Of a stretch of DNA of 64,000 nt, positions 12,101 to 16,541 are shown piece after piece (the stretch's first letter is position 1; every line of letters begins with the position of its first letter). The DNA lies in NCBI GenBank assembly GCA_964428335.1, contig CAYRXW010000008.1, positions 9,834 to 73,833 on the forward strand. The letters are read 5' to 3'. Source of the DNA: an uncultured Methanosarcinales archaeon (GTDB lineage Archaea > Nanobdellota > Nanobdellia > Woesearchaeales > GW2011-AR15). The position numbers and the translations under genes were made by a program. The notes under the pieces were generated by a model, which was not told the origin of the DNA, did not search any database, and worked only from the letters and a program-made list of their open reading frames with translations.

Positions 12101-15100
12101 ATTCTAATTCATGCTTTAGGACTGTAGCCCCATCCGCATCAATAAACCTTAAATCTGCACCAAAAGGCTTTGCCAGAGAATAGTTGAAATTAGTCCTGTT
12201 CAAAGGAACCAGTACTGTGAAATTGATAAGATCTTCATTTTGCTCTGAATTAGACAGTGTAATCTTTCTTCTATATCCCCATGAACTGCTCCACCACGCA
12301 TTTGTACCGACCGTGTAATTGATATACAGTCTCGGAGCATAGGTACCATAATCATAAACTTCAAGATCACTATCCCCTGCAGTTCCGTCATTTATTATTA
12401 CGAAGCTGATATTATTATTTACAGACCAACCCTGCCTGTTTATTATCTCCTGAACTATGTCAGTCACACTGACTGAATAATTCTGCCCCGTAACCCACCC
12501 TCCCGGGTAACTTATATCAAAATCTGTCCCGCTTGAGGTCAGGCTCCATGTGGATGGCAGGTTCGCTGAACCAGGGACTGCTCCGCTGTTGGCTGATTGG
12601 GCTTTTACTTTTGAATAAACAGTATAACTTCCGCCTTCTCCGCCGGCAGCTGTTAACCTAAGCACCGCATTATGGATATTTGCTCCCTTTGGAATTTCAA
12701 TCCTTCTGAATCTTGCAACCATCCATTCATCGGATGAAGACGGATCTGTATAATGACCAAACCAGGATGAGAATTCATTCCATGTGTTTTGCGGATATTC
12801 GTGGCCATCATCTGAATCAGCTGCAATAGTGTATGAACTTATAGGATCATAAGCGTAATCACTCACAGTCATGTTCTGGTTTGAAAATTCAAATAGCAAA
12901 GTTGCATAGCCTGCAATATTCATATAATTGGTCAAATACCCTGTTGAATTGCATTCATAATCTTCTATCAATAATTTCCTTATTAATATTGAATCTGTTA
13001 ATGCCAAATCTGCATAATTGTAATAATTGTTTTCATAATCGATTATCTTCAAGTTGTTTATTAGGCTGAGTTCTCCACAGCTTAGGTTTTGGAACGACAT
13101 TTCACCTTTAGTCAAAATATCATCTGTCAAAAATTCTGTCCAGTTTGCATTTGGAGAACTTATTGTTAAATTTCCAATTCCTGTTGTATTAAACGCAACT
13201 ATCCAAGTATCTCCATCCCTTAAATATTCGTAAGGATTAAGGACAGTTATTGAGATTTCAAAAGTCTGATTGGATAGGTGTGGAGTTATCCATTGCAGCT
13301 TATCTATAAGACTATTGTTATTTGTATCAATGTACTCAAGCTCATTAAATTCGTTTCTTGTTCCATTGATTATCCAATATACATTAATTGAACCTTTGCT
13401 TGATTCTTTTATATCTGTGTATGTCAATACGTTCTCATAATGCACTTCTGAAGATATTGTGATTTTTTTCTTGTAACTATTTATTATATCTTCATTAACA
13501 GATGGACCTTCTGTATAATAACTGATTTCCACTTCATTGAGACTAGAGGCAAATTCCAGTGTAATATTCGTTTCTGTTTCAATATCCTGTGCATTTAATG
13601 AAATTATTTTTTTATTTAAGGATGTAACTTTATCATATGTCTCCAAAGATTTATCTTCTTTTGTTGGTTTTTTTAGCCGTTTTACTTCATTTTCCAGTGC
13701 TCTTGAATATGCAAATCCATTATATTCTTCAAGTTCATATTCAACCTCTCCAATCTTTACCTTTACATTTTCTTCAGATGTTATATTGTATGCATCTTTT
13801 GGAAGTATTGTCTTATTGATAAGGGAGGCATTAACAACTTTTTTCCACATGACTGGCTTATTAATTTCAACATTTGAGTAATTTAAAGAAAGTGTTGCTT
13901 TCTCGATTAACGAATTATTTACTGTTGTATTTGCTATGGTTTCATTTATTGATATATTTGATTCTTCAATATAAGTATAAGTTAATTCTGTAAGATTTAA
14001 TATTGCATTATCAACTTCAATTCTTAGTATGATGTTTTTTCCAATATTTTTTAGGTAGCATGTTTCAAGGCAATAGTTTTCAAATGTACTTCCTGAAATT
14101 ATTATTACTGATTCATTTGTAGAAGAAATATTAGTGCTATTTACTCCTTCTAACTGAATTGATTCATTTATAGGATAGTCTGGCAAGGTTGAAATATTTC
14201 CAGAATTTGATTTATTATCTGTGATATTTGATTTTATTTCTACAATTGGAAACTCTGTTTCATTTTGATTACTTGATATATTTTCAAATTCAACTGAACC
14301 TGTTTCAATTGTTTGATTATAGGTTTCATTAACTGTATCAGTTAAATTAATTGTTCCATTTTCCAGGATTAATGAAGTGTTCAAAATCAGAGTGGCATTA
14401 AGCAAAGTAATATTACGCAAAGTAACATTAATTAAAGTTTCATTAATAGGTAAGGAGGAATCATTTTCAATTATTGCTAATTCTTCTGAAATTTCGTTCT
14501 CTGGATTTTGAATTGTAATATTTTCAGAAAGTGATACAGATTCATTAGTTATCAAATCTATAACTTCTGTATTTTCTTCTTCTGTATTTTCTTGTTCTAT
14601 AGTTTCTACATATTCAATTTCTGGAAGTTCTATATTTTCATTTATGACTTCTTGTGTTTCTTCTATTACTGGAAGTTCAACCTGTGGAACTATTTCTTCT
14701 TGCTCTTCTTCTGGTACTTCAATAATGCTTTGGTTTTCAAATACTACAAATCCGGTAATCTGGTCAGATGATTTTTTTATTTTTGAACTGTCCAAAATAA
14801 GCTTATCATCAATGTAGATTTTTGCAGTCCCTTCCCCTAGTATATTACCAGATATCCTTACTGAAGTCACATTGCCTTTCAGGCCAAATGCTAGTGATGA
14901 ATTTTCAAAGAATTGCTCTTGAATAACTAGCCTTTCTGCGTTTGTACCATATGTTACCATTCCTGTAAGTTTTGGATTTAGAACCATTAGGCTTCCAAGA
15001 ATAAAAACTGCAAGTATAATCAGTAATACAGTATATTCTTTCTTAGGATTTTCCTTTTTTTTAGAAGTTTTTGTAAGGAACTCTTTTAATGGCTCTTTAG

Positions 15101-15116
15101 AAAAAGGTAAACTCAT
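147..15116 (-). CDS. Giant (4,989 aa) membrane-anchored surface protein with multiple LamG/concanavalin-A-like lectin domains, a putative adhesin
   Basis: Single uninterrupted 14,970-nt ORF. The N-terminus has a basic tail plus one TM helix (YTVLLIILAVFILGSLMVL), which is a signal anchor. Next come an acidic E/I/V-rich tract and an Asn-rich N-x-S/T tract. A DUF2341-like segment follows (WGYRRKITL..NFTVLVPL..DLRFIDADG..LWVKVPNI..IWLYYNN) with a LamG domain after it. Then come eight nested Ig-like/LamG units and other beta-sandwich modules, ending in FN3-like C-terminal modules. No C-terminal anchor was seen. Confidence 0.9.
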   Translation of the reverse strand: MSLPFSKEPLKEFLTKTSKKKENPKKEYTVLLIILAVFILGSLMVLNPKLTGMVTYGTNAERLVIQEQFFENSSLAFGLKGNVTSVRISGNILGEGTAKIYIDDKLILDSSKIKKSSDQITGFVVFENQSIIEVPEEEQEEIVPQVELPVIEETQEVINENIELPEIEYVETIEQENTEEENTEVIDLITNESVSLSENITIQNPENEISEELAIIENDSSLPINETLINVTLRNITLLNATLILNTSLILENGTINLTDTVNETYNQTIETGSVEFENISSNQNETEFPIVEIKSNITDNKSNSGNISTLPDYPINESIQLEGVNSTNISSTNESVIIISGSTFENYCLETCYLKNIGKNIILRIEVDNAILNLTELTYTYIEESNISINETIANTTVNNSLIEKATLSLNYSNVEINKPVMWKKVVNASLINKTILPKDAYNITSEENVKVKIGEVEYELEEYNGFAYSRALENEVKRLKKPTKEDKSLETYDKVTSLNKKIISLNAQDIETETNITLEFASSLNEVEISYYTEGPSVNEDIINSYKKKITISSEVHYENVLTYTDIKESSKGSINVYWIINGTRNEFNELEYIDTNNNSLIDKLQWITPHLSNQTFEISITVLNPYEYLRDGDTWIVAFNTTGIGNLTISSPNANWTEFLTDDILTKGEMSFQNLSCGELSLINNLKIIDYENNYYNYADLALTDSILIRKLLIEDYECNSTGYLTNYMNIAGYATLLFEFSNQNMTVSDYAYDPISSYTIAADSDDGHEYPQNTWNEFSSWFGHYTDPSSSDEWMVARFRRIEIPKGANIHNAVLRLTAAGGEGGSYTVYSKVKAQSANSGAVPGSANLPSTWSLTSSGTDFDISYPGGWVTGQNYSVSVTDIVQEIINRQGWSVNNNISFVIINDGTAGDSDLEVYDYGTYAPRLYINYTVGTNAWWSSSWGYRRKITLSNSEQNEDLINFTVLVPLNRTNFNYSLAKPFGADLRFIDADGATVLKHELEYWNASGKSFLWVKVPNITKSSNLDYIWLYYNNSAASDGQNKTGTWDQYYEGVWHLNGSIGQRQDSTSNANHLNNKSTLHYTNPGKVAGSIDVDDDEANPGLINRSDSNLASGFPSKNGETTNSFSVSFWVKPEAFGWNDWLGKNRGGNGGFGFYDENDRMTFYYRNGATDYSITSDASSILADTWHFVSVVHDSTNDIDYIYVDGKETSTTGRTSDPTGTTASFMIGGTDSWPGDSDGVMDEVRVSKTARTGDWINASYKSMNRRFISLGNEQEINDSYSHPFNVKILNFSNTATNKVYMRSNATNQVSNISIGDFTTATNPTGSEGWGAYEVKVAGYNALKNDDASYLNISARGAAGINREPFARFNFSTNASPSLVNWIYVAMDQRRIQASGNGENCYYWIYNYTKADWMEIVDNTSSTSDVLRTYNYTSGVLDLMNLSRQIVLMSSGVSMDANEGCLVDFVEVRIGYYNNSVPVQSTPIITPSSPNVSSTLTCGWNSILDSNGDTLKNITNWYKNNKSFTNLYMPFEGNGLESKVAFDYSGNGNKGRLSSNGPTWNRTGGKVGGAYRFDGSNDIIEIPAKSYFDRPPFTVMGWFYSTTTSASKGESMYMLNKRGNSQDLWHLRITSTSNNLEFRYYNATNYLNGPGTPYSIAINKWYHFAVTIDTDYTVRLYVNGSYVDSYNSGPFNTSSGALRIGGASTSTSRFNGTIDEIKHYNATLSPDQIYLEYIAGANGNNNKKLSYQELIGGDQWYCSVVPNDGYNDGIRKNSSRVTVAANNPPVWINNPIVSPRIPIDSSNLTCLYNLTDERYDYGVNITNWYKNGKSITLLYLPFETNGGNEDSITADYSGYGNNATVYGAEWNNTNGKIGGGYHFDKGIGEYLSIPDSPILRGMSELTIETWVYPITKANWAIILQKGDTAVGWRDIAYALETDGSADQKVYFYLNTTTQAAEIYSNAALPKNQWTHIAARYDGTKINMFINGVKQTEVSYLSGDVLDIANPIMIGVDAYVSWSDYWNGSIDEVRMYNESLSDEQIYLNYIRTYSNKTIQVSSSDTTLWDEWFCRVTPTDGSQYGETKNSSISTITLNGNYRPTAPTSLLCDGGLCNYTTSGTINLNCTGSFDNESNAITYVVEKGSLTDGEIFFEDVESISWSDWNASYGTYSDVATDNPKVIWQNSTYGGNGYYKSATRAFWIDNEDDIYTGYLTSPNITIPDITENLTLNFWIRVNMENGWDGCWAEYKIGDNNWATIDDSMIVGTTSDYSGVCDGPSAGHACWEGNLGLFKVNVTLPEEADGNPISFRWIAEADNSGTAGGTDGCWVDDINVSADVAYSFTVIGNHSAGSSYSWNTGLDTPGEVYEKMRCSAIDVTGSTANSEYYTLDTNLTMGGNEAPTINTPTFLPSTVNTSSNIQCYATPDDTESSTLTVEWFWYNSTTLELGGNTSGLTAGSPALITTLGRGNTTRGEVWNCTVRTYDGSSYSEFSSALKTIQSLAPTHDTPSITPVTPTATNDLTCNWNNADDIDNDMVLNITNWYKNNISITVLHMPFEGNGNEDKNATDYSGYDNNGTVFEAIWSSTGGRVGGRYEFDGTNDYIEIPADSTLNLPGDFTLEAWVYPHDFLGTASIDQRILINRIDANNAYQLTLTDPASDDSEAYGFAFSVNEGGTQYIIGTDNINSGYLPNTWYHVVGTYTASSHAVNLYVNGVLREDEDLYDFGLGTSGNLQIGRRTDGGYFDGLIDEIKIYNHSLSAAQVNQAYTAGVNGKINRIIKDDELVGNEQYICVVTPNDGYWDGITKSSSAVTITPNTAPTQNTPTVTPTYPNMTTNITCNWNNITDAEDNNVLNITNWYKNNNSITVLYMPFEGNDNEEYNATDYSGYENNGTVFNAIWNRTGGKIGGDYYFDGDSSYIEIPDDRTLRGMSELTVEAWVYTGTNFSYYPRILEKGAAGAGDTNISYALRIESGTQRLQFDLTTDSGGANTYSNSGLPFNQWNHIVGRYDGTETRVFVNGVRQSDNNAFTGKVLNVSGTPLHIGVDAHTSWGDYWNGSIDEVKIYNIALSDQQIYANYVAGSNNKTPRVIVSEDLDSSQHWYCSVTPNDGYIDGTTKNSTYVRINSVPTHNTPTITPSSPNISSNLTCSWNSVSDINHDTVINITNWYKNNKSITLLYLPFEGNGNEENNVTDYSGHEHNGTVILADWNRTGGKVGGAYRFYSTDSNYISIEDDGKLGGMNQLTIETWVYANTKGDWDRIIEKGNTVLNRERAFVLETDSTADQKIYFDLNTTTDFGQIYSDSALPKHEWVHLVVRYDGHILKMFVNGIEQADTEIITGKVLNLQNPIHIGSGAYYTSNSWNGSIDEVRFYNHSLSPQQIRANYQAGLVGKSLKKIVSNELGADEEWLCSVTPNDGYEEAVTKNSTSIYLDNSAPTQSTPTITPTSPITTSNLTCNWQSVTDTEGEKVYNITSWLKNNRSVMLVYLPFEGGSNSTYTKDYSGLNNNGNVSSAIFGRSIGKIGGGYEFDGNDDIIDIGSDYDATESITVMTWIKPQRRQKDNAKIVTQRNSADDSYVFALQYDSTEVVFFQAHDSPVSTTTFNVTNSSWYHLAGTYDGRVTRLFVNGVLIDSDLVSPVYSTSTNPITIGARISGGTIDHEFNGTIDEVKIYNYSLTSTEVYDEYIAGFNNKTYRKLSAERTAGNEKWACLVIPNDGYIDGTMKNASVFIQNSPTIPSTLTCNKGSCADSFSDSIVLNCSGSTDFLGDSIVYVIEKGNASSYNATTTLNKQINTGNDDAEEFEPGPYAVDLASSDLEIGLDGNRQLVGMRFQSVNIPQGAEILYANVTMEVDVATWTGKFNVNVLGEDTNSAPAFSASSGNLTNREKTSSEVNWAISQQFTPVNTKYATPNIRDIIQEIVDRPGWSSGNNMAIFIGESNSSNDLYDVREMESYDGESAAAPILYIKYRKYDYTVIGNHTAGTTLTWNLASDPKHETYERLRCRAVDPSGSGLYSDYYRLNTSLWVNRLPTHNTPTITPTYPNATSNLTCNWQSVSDADSDRTMNITNWYKNNKSTTLLYMPFEGNGNEARNATDYSGYENNGTVFGATWNRTGGKVGGGYEFDGNLDNYIIIANSATLGTKNFTIELWFNNKGPGDSTNMGTNSMSMQPFVSKGRGEADGNNKDTNYMFGFLSSGTNLVAGYEEYSTGNNINVTADLNLNQNRWYYAAMRFNGTSLDIFLNGTKVVGLRTTAIPRYDSIQPIGIGTAFNSVSANDGAFNGSIDEVRIYNHSLSDRQIYANFQAGTLSHPPKKIISSDTSLYDSWMCSVTPNDGYGDGITKNSTKVTIDSIPLITTPTLSPSTANTSSNIGCYATATDLESSSLTAYWYWFNSSTLKLSGTTSVTSGVNTLITTLGAGNTTKGERWNCTVKPYDGILFGTNKTARIPINNSIPTQSTPTITPTLPNATSNLTCNWQSVSDADGEKVVNITNWYKNGVSSTVLYMPFEGNGNESRNATDYSGYRNKGTVFGATWNRTGGKVGGGYSFDGTNDNIVISHIPAYNLSQNFSIEMWFKRRELGDTTYLLDSFNGTTFKGYRIRTLSNNALGFEIGNGVTSEQEQAGTFNQAGRWYHVVFVLKMNTDQIDYYFDGTYSTTDTFATVTNIIPDPEFLAIGASDTGASVFNGTIDEVKIYNYTLSAGQIYQNYKAGLNNKTANIITLESTALGEQWKCSVTPNDGYSDGQTKNSTSVIISATNTAPTRVNLSTPTAGNTTVHRRYTRFTWDAAYDLDSDPLNYTLNITSPYCSNLYYGNISSLNFTAQSELCIGNMYFWQVRAYDGTEYGQWSQKWNFTLEPIIVLNLTTNRVNFGNLSNGDIVSTDGNASPLIVQNDGNIRLNISYVSALNSLFSSIGLNTAYFQFKIDNDTTESSSFNWTSSQTSWTNITSITVQNKSAIAHLKYQDSQDTAEIDIKVTVPTTEGAGRKSTIVYIIGESP
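876..1785 (-). repeat. Nested Ig-like/LamG unit 8
   Basis: The NITNWYKNGVSSTVLYMPFEGNGNE anchor is near 1651-1675. The unit ends with WKCSVTPNDGYSDGQTKNST. Confidence 0.7.
1786..2088 (-). repeat. Uninterrupted Ig-like module b
   Basis: The translation reads NIGCYATATDLESSSLTAYWYWFNSSTLKLSGTTS...KGERWNCTVKPYDGILFGTN. Confidence 0.6.
2089..3055 (-). repeat. Nested Ig-like/LamG unit 7
   Basis: The NITNWYKNNKSTTLLYMPFEGNGNE anchor is near 2921-2940. The unit ends with WMCSVTPNDGYGDGITKNST. Confidence 0.7.
3056..3945 (-). other. Block X2: the same Cys-rich host module as X1, carrying a DNRLRE-like guest domain
   Basis: The N-part of the host is LTCNKGSCADSFSDSIVLNCSGSTDFLGDSIVYVIEKGN. The guest has MRFQSVNIPQGAEI. 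The C-part of the host is YDYTVIGNHTAGTTLTWNLASDPKHETYERLRCRAVDPSGS..DYYRLNTSL. Confidence 0.5.
3946..4835 (-). repeat. Nested Ig-like/LamG unit 6 (most diverged)
   Basis: The NITSWLKNNRSVMLVYLPFEGGSNS anchor is near 4700-4715. The unit ends with WACLVIPNDGYIDGTMKNAS. Confidence 0.65.
4836..5755 (-). repeat. Nested Ig-like/LamG unit 5
   Basis: The NITNWYKNNKSITLLYLPFEGNGNE anchor is near 5620-5640. The unit ends with WLCSVTPNDGYEEAVTKNST. Confidence 0.7.
5756..6680 (-). repeat. Nested Ig-like/LamG unit 4
   Basis: The NITNWYKNNNSITVLYMPFEGNDNE anchor is near 6541-6565. The unit ends with WYCSVTPNDGYIDGTTKNST. Confidence 0.7.
6681..7620 (-). repeat. Nested Ig-like/LamG unit 3
   Basis: The NITNWYKNNISITVLHMPFEGNGNE anchor is near 7485-7500. 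The unit ends with YICVVTPNDGYWDGITKSSS. Confidence 0.7.
7621..7930 (-). repeat. Uninterrupted Ig-like module a (host fold without a LamG insert)
   Basis: The translation reads NIQCYATPDDTESSTLTVEWFWYNSTTLELGGNTSG...RGEVWNCTVRTYDGSSYSEF. Confidence 0.6.
7931..8850 (-). other. Block X1: Cys-rich beta-sandwich host module carrying a MAM/CBM-like guest domain
   Basis: The N-part of the host is LLCDGGLCNYTTSGTINLNCTGSFDNESNAITYVVEKGS. The guest ends in GCWVDDINVS. The C-part of the host is YSFTVIGNHSAGSSYSWNTGLDTPGEVYEKMRCSAIDVTGS..EYYTLDTNL. Confidence 0.5.
8851..9770 (-). repeat. Nested Ig-like/LamG unit 2
   Basis: The NITNWYKNGKSITLLYLPFETNG anchor is near 9628-9650. The unit ends with WFCRVTPTDGSQYGETKNSS. 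Confidence 0.7.
9771..10680 (-). repeat. Nested Ig-like/LamG unit 1
   Basis: The NITNWYKNNKSFTNLYMPFEGNG anchor is encoded near 10545-10570. The unit ends with WYCSVVPNDGYNDGIRKNSS. Confidence 0.7.
11300..11960 (-). other. Stand-alone LamG (Laminin_G_3-like) domain following the DUF2341-like segment
   Basis: The translation reads GVWHLNGS...GKVAGSIDVDDD...FSVSFWVKPEA...WHFVSVVHDS...IYVDGKE...GVMDEVRVSKTARTGDWI. Confidence 0.65.
11990..12300 (-). other. DUF2341-like domain of the giant protein
   Basis: Motif order is W-x-Y/R-R-K-I-T-L, NFTVLVPL, DLRFIDADG, ELEYWN, LWVKVPNI, IWLYYNN. The family assignment is from memory and was not searched. Confidence 0.5.
12310..12850 (-). other. Beta-sandwich domain with an R-F-x-x-I/V-x-I-P-x-G-A-x-I signature (DNRLRE-like); paralog of the guest domain in block X2
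   Basis: The translation reads WMVARFRRIEIPKGANIHNAVLRL ... VTDIVQEIINRQGWSVNNNISFVI ... APRLYINYT. The X2 guest reads LVGMRFQSVNIPQGAEILYANVTM ... IRDIIQEIVDRPGWSSGNNMAIFI ... APILYIKYR. Confidence 0.5.
13950..14720 (-). repeat. Low-complexity acidic and Asn-rich stalk region, dense in N-x-S/T sequons
   Basis: The translation runs EVPEEEQEEIVPQVELPVIEETQEVINENIELPEIEYVETIEQENTEEENTEV, then NITLLNATLILNTSLILENGTINLTDTVNETYNQT and similar. Boundaries are approximate. Confidence 0.6.
14975..15035 (-). other. Signal-anchor transmembrane helix of the giant protein
   Basis: The reverse complement of 14981-15035 translates to YTVLLIILAVFILGSLMV. It is preceded by the Lys-rich segment TSKKKENPKKE. 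Confidence 0.75.
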
Positions 15117-15562
15117 TTTTTCCCACCTTTCTTTTCAGCCCTATTTTGCAGAGTCCATATAGTTTTTTGGCTTCTTTTAAGTAGCCTTGCTATCTCTGTT
15201 AGTTTAAGGGAATGAGTATTTTTTAAGTAAAAGACTATAATTTCAGCCATTGATTTGGTTTCTGAATTTAGTTCTGATATAGGAATTGAATATTTTGAAA
15301 CTAATGATGAAAATTTTTTATGGCTTTTTTTTTCAGTTCTCTTAAATGTAGTCCATATGACCTGCCTGTCTTTATTAAGAATTCTTCCACATTCTGAATA
15401 ACTAAAATTTTTTTCTTGGATAAGATACTTCACTATGGATTCAAAAGGGCTCAATTCTTCTGAAAAAATTGAAATTGGTACCTGATCTTCTTTTTTATCC
15501 AAAAAGTCTGAAAACTCTTCAAGAATTACATTTTTGTCATATTTTGTAAGATTAATTGTCAT
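15113..15562 (-). CDS. Small DNA-binding protein with two tandem sigma-70 region 4/LuxR/HTH_10-type helix-turn-helix repeats
   Basis: There is an internal duplication. Copy 1 is SPFESIVKYLIQEKNFSYSECGRILNKDRQVIWTTFKRTEKK. Copy 2 is SMAEIIVFYLKNTHSLKLTEIARLLKRSQKTIWTLQNRAEKK. Its TGA stop overlaps the ATG of the giant gene (ATGA at 15113-15116). Confidence 0.7.
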   Translation of the reverse strand: MTINLTKYDKNVILEEFSDFLDKKEDQVPISIFSEELSPFESIVKYLIQEKNFSYSECGRILNKDRQVIWTTFKRTEKKSHKKFSSLVSKYSIPISELNSETKSMAEIIVFYLKNTHSLKLTEIARLLKRSQKTIWTLQNRAEKKGGKK

Positions 15563-15624
15563 ATTATGTAGGTATTATGTAAGTTTTTGTAGGAAATTAA
15601 TCATTTTTTGTAATATTATGTAAG
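15542..15624. promoter_or_regulatory. Phased array of six TTWTGTARG-like direct repeats across the start codon and 5' region of the HTH gene
   Basis: The copies are ttttgtaag 15542-50, ttatgtagg 15564-72, ttatgtaag 15575-83, ttttgtagg 15585-93, ttttgtaat 15606-14 and ttatgtaag 15616-24. The G of TGTA falls at 15546, 15568, 15579, 15589, 15610 and 15620. The spacings are 22, 11, 10, 21 and 10, which is about one helical turn per slot. Confidence 0.55.
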
Positions 15625-15690
15625 AATATAGTTTATAAAACTTACCATATTTTTGCAAAGGTTTAATAGAGATTTAAAATTCTAAAGAGT

Positions 15691-16059
15691 GTGAAAATAG
15701 CAATTATAGGCGCTTCAAAAGATAGGGATAAGTACAGCAATAAAGCTGTGAGAGCTTATGTATCAAGTCATCATGTTGTTTTTCCTGTTAACCCAAATGA
15801 AAGGGAAATTGAAGGATTAAAATGCTATAATTCTGTTTTGGATATACCTATGGATGTGGAATGTGCCTCAATCTACCTTCCTTATGAAATAGGAATGAAA
15901 GTTGCTGATGACATTCTTAAAAAAGGCATAAAAAATGTGATTTTAAATCCTGGTGCAGATAACCCTGAACTTTTAGACAAGTTCAATGCTTTGGGAATAA
16001 ATACTTTGAGGACATGCTCGATAAGGCATATAGGAGTTAACCCTAAGGAAATACAATAA
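15691..16059 (+). CDS. CoA-binding domain protein (YneT/YccU-like)
   Basis: GTG start. The translation MKIAIIGASKDRDKYSNKAVRAY...FPVNPN...IEG..CY.S..DIP matches the pattern typical of CoA_binding_2 proteins. Confidence 0.75.
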   Translation: MKIAIIGASKDRDKYSNKAVRAYVSSHHVVFPVNPNEREIEGLKCYNSVLDIPMDVECASIYLPYEIGMKVADDILKKGIKNVILNPGADNPELLDKFNALGINTLRTCSIRHIGVNPKEIQ

Positions 16060-16090
16060 ATATTAATACCACTTTTACTAACCTGTTTAA

Positions 16091-16483
16091 ATGGAGTTTC
16101 ATTCTTCCCAAAAAAGCAAGATATCAACTGAGATGTACCTGAAGGAGATTTATCTTTTCCACGATAAGAATAAATCATATCCTAAGGCTGTTGATTTAGT
16201 TAAAGAGCTCAAATTTTCAAAAGGTACTGTCTCTGAAATGCTTAAAAAACTTGAGACATTGAAGCTTATAACTTATAAGGATTTTGAAATAAAGCTTACA
16301 AAAAAGGGCATGATGGAAGCTAAAAATGTTGTGAGGAAATATGTTGTCATAAAAAAATTCCTTTCTGATGTGCTAAAGACACCGGATGATAAAATACATG
16401 AAGAAGCTTGCAACCTTGAGCATGCTTTTTCTGACGAGAGCGTTGCTAAGCTGAATATTTTAAATAAGATCCTTAAAAAGTAG
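16091..16483 (+). CDS. DtxR/MntR/IdeR-family metal-dependent transcriptional repressor (no SH3-like C-terminal domain)
   Basis: STEMYLKEIYLF...AVDLVKELKFSKGTVSEMLKKLETLKLI is the winged HTH. NVVRKYVVIKKFLSDVL...HEEACNLEHAFSDES is the dimerisation and metal-site helices. Confidence 0.8.
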   Translation: MEFHSSQKSKISTEMYLKEIYLFHDKNKSYPKAVDLVKELKFSKGTVSEMLKKLETLKLITYKDFEIKLTKKGMMEAKNVVRKYVVIKKFLSDVLKTPDDKIHEEACNLEHAFSDESVAKLNILNKILKK

Positions 16484-16537
16484 TTCGTTTAACCGAACTG
16501 TTAAGGAAATATTTATAAGTTGTTCGGCATTCCGAAC
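16482..16537. promoter_or_regulatory. Two GTTCG-N-CGAAC palindromes bracketing a TATA box, a candidate DtxR operator/promoter
   Basis: Palindrome 1 is AGTTCGtttaacCGAACT at 16482-16499. The TATA-like atttataa is at 16511-16518. Palindrome 2 is GTTCGGcattCCGAAC at 16522-16537. The ATG of the downstream gene is at 16542. Confidence 0.55.
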
Positions 16538-16541
16538 AAAT

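Noticed and set aside
1603-13881. Plus-strand ORFs of 60-138 aa inside the giant gene (for example 1603..2019, 2878..3084, 7429..7674, 11185..11499, 13537..13881). Several have similar N-termini such as MPLPSNGIYNTV... and MPSKGMYNRV...
   Set aside because: They are antisense shadows of the minus-strand repeats. Their similarity to each other only mirrors the PFEGNG/NWYKN repeat on the other strand. The translations are low-complexity and hydrophobic, with no start context, and the 14,970-nt minus-strand frame is clearly the coding one.
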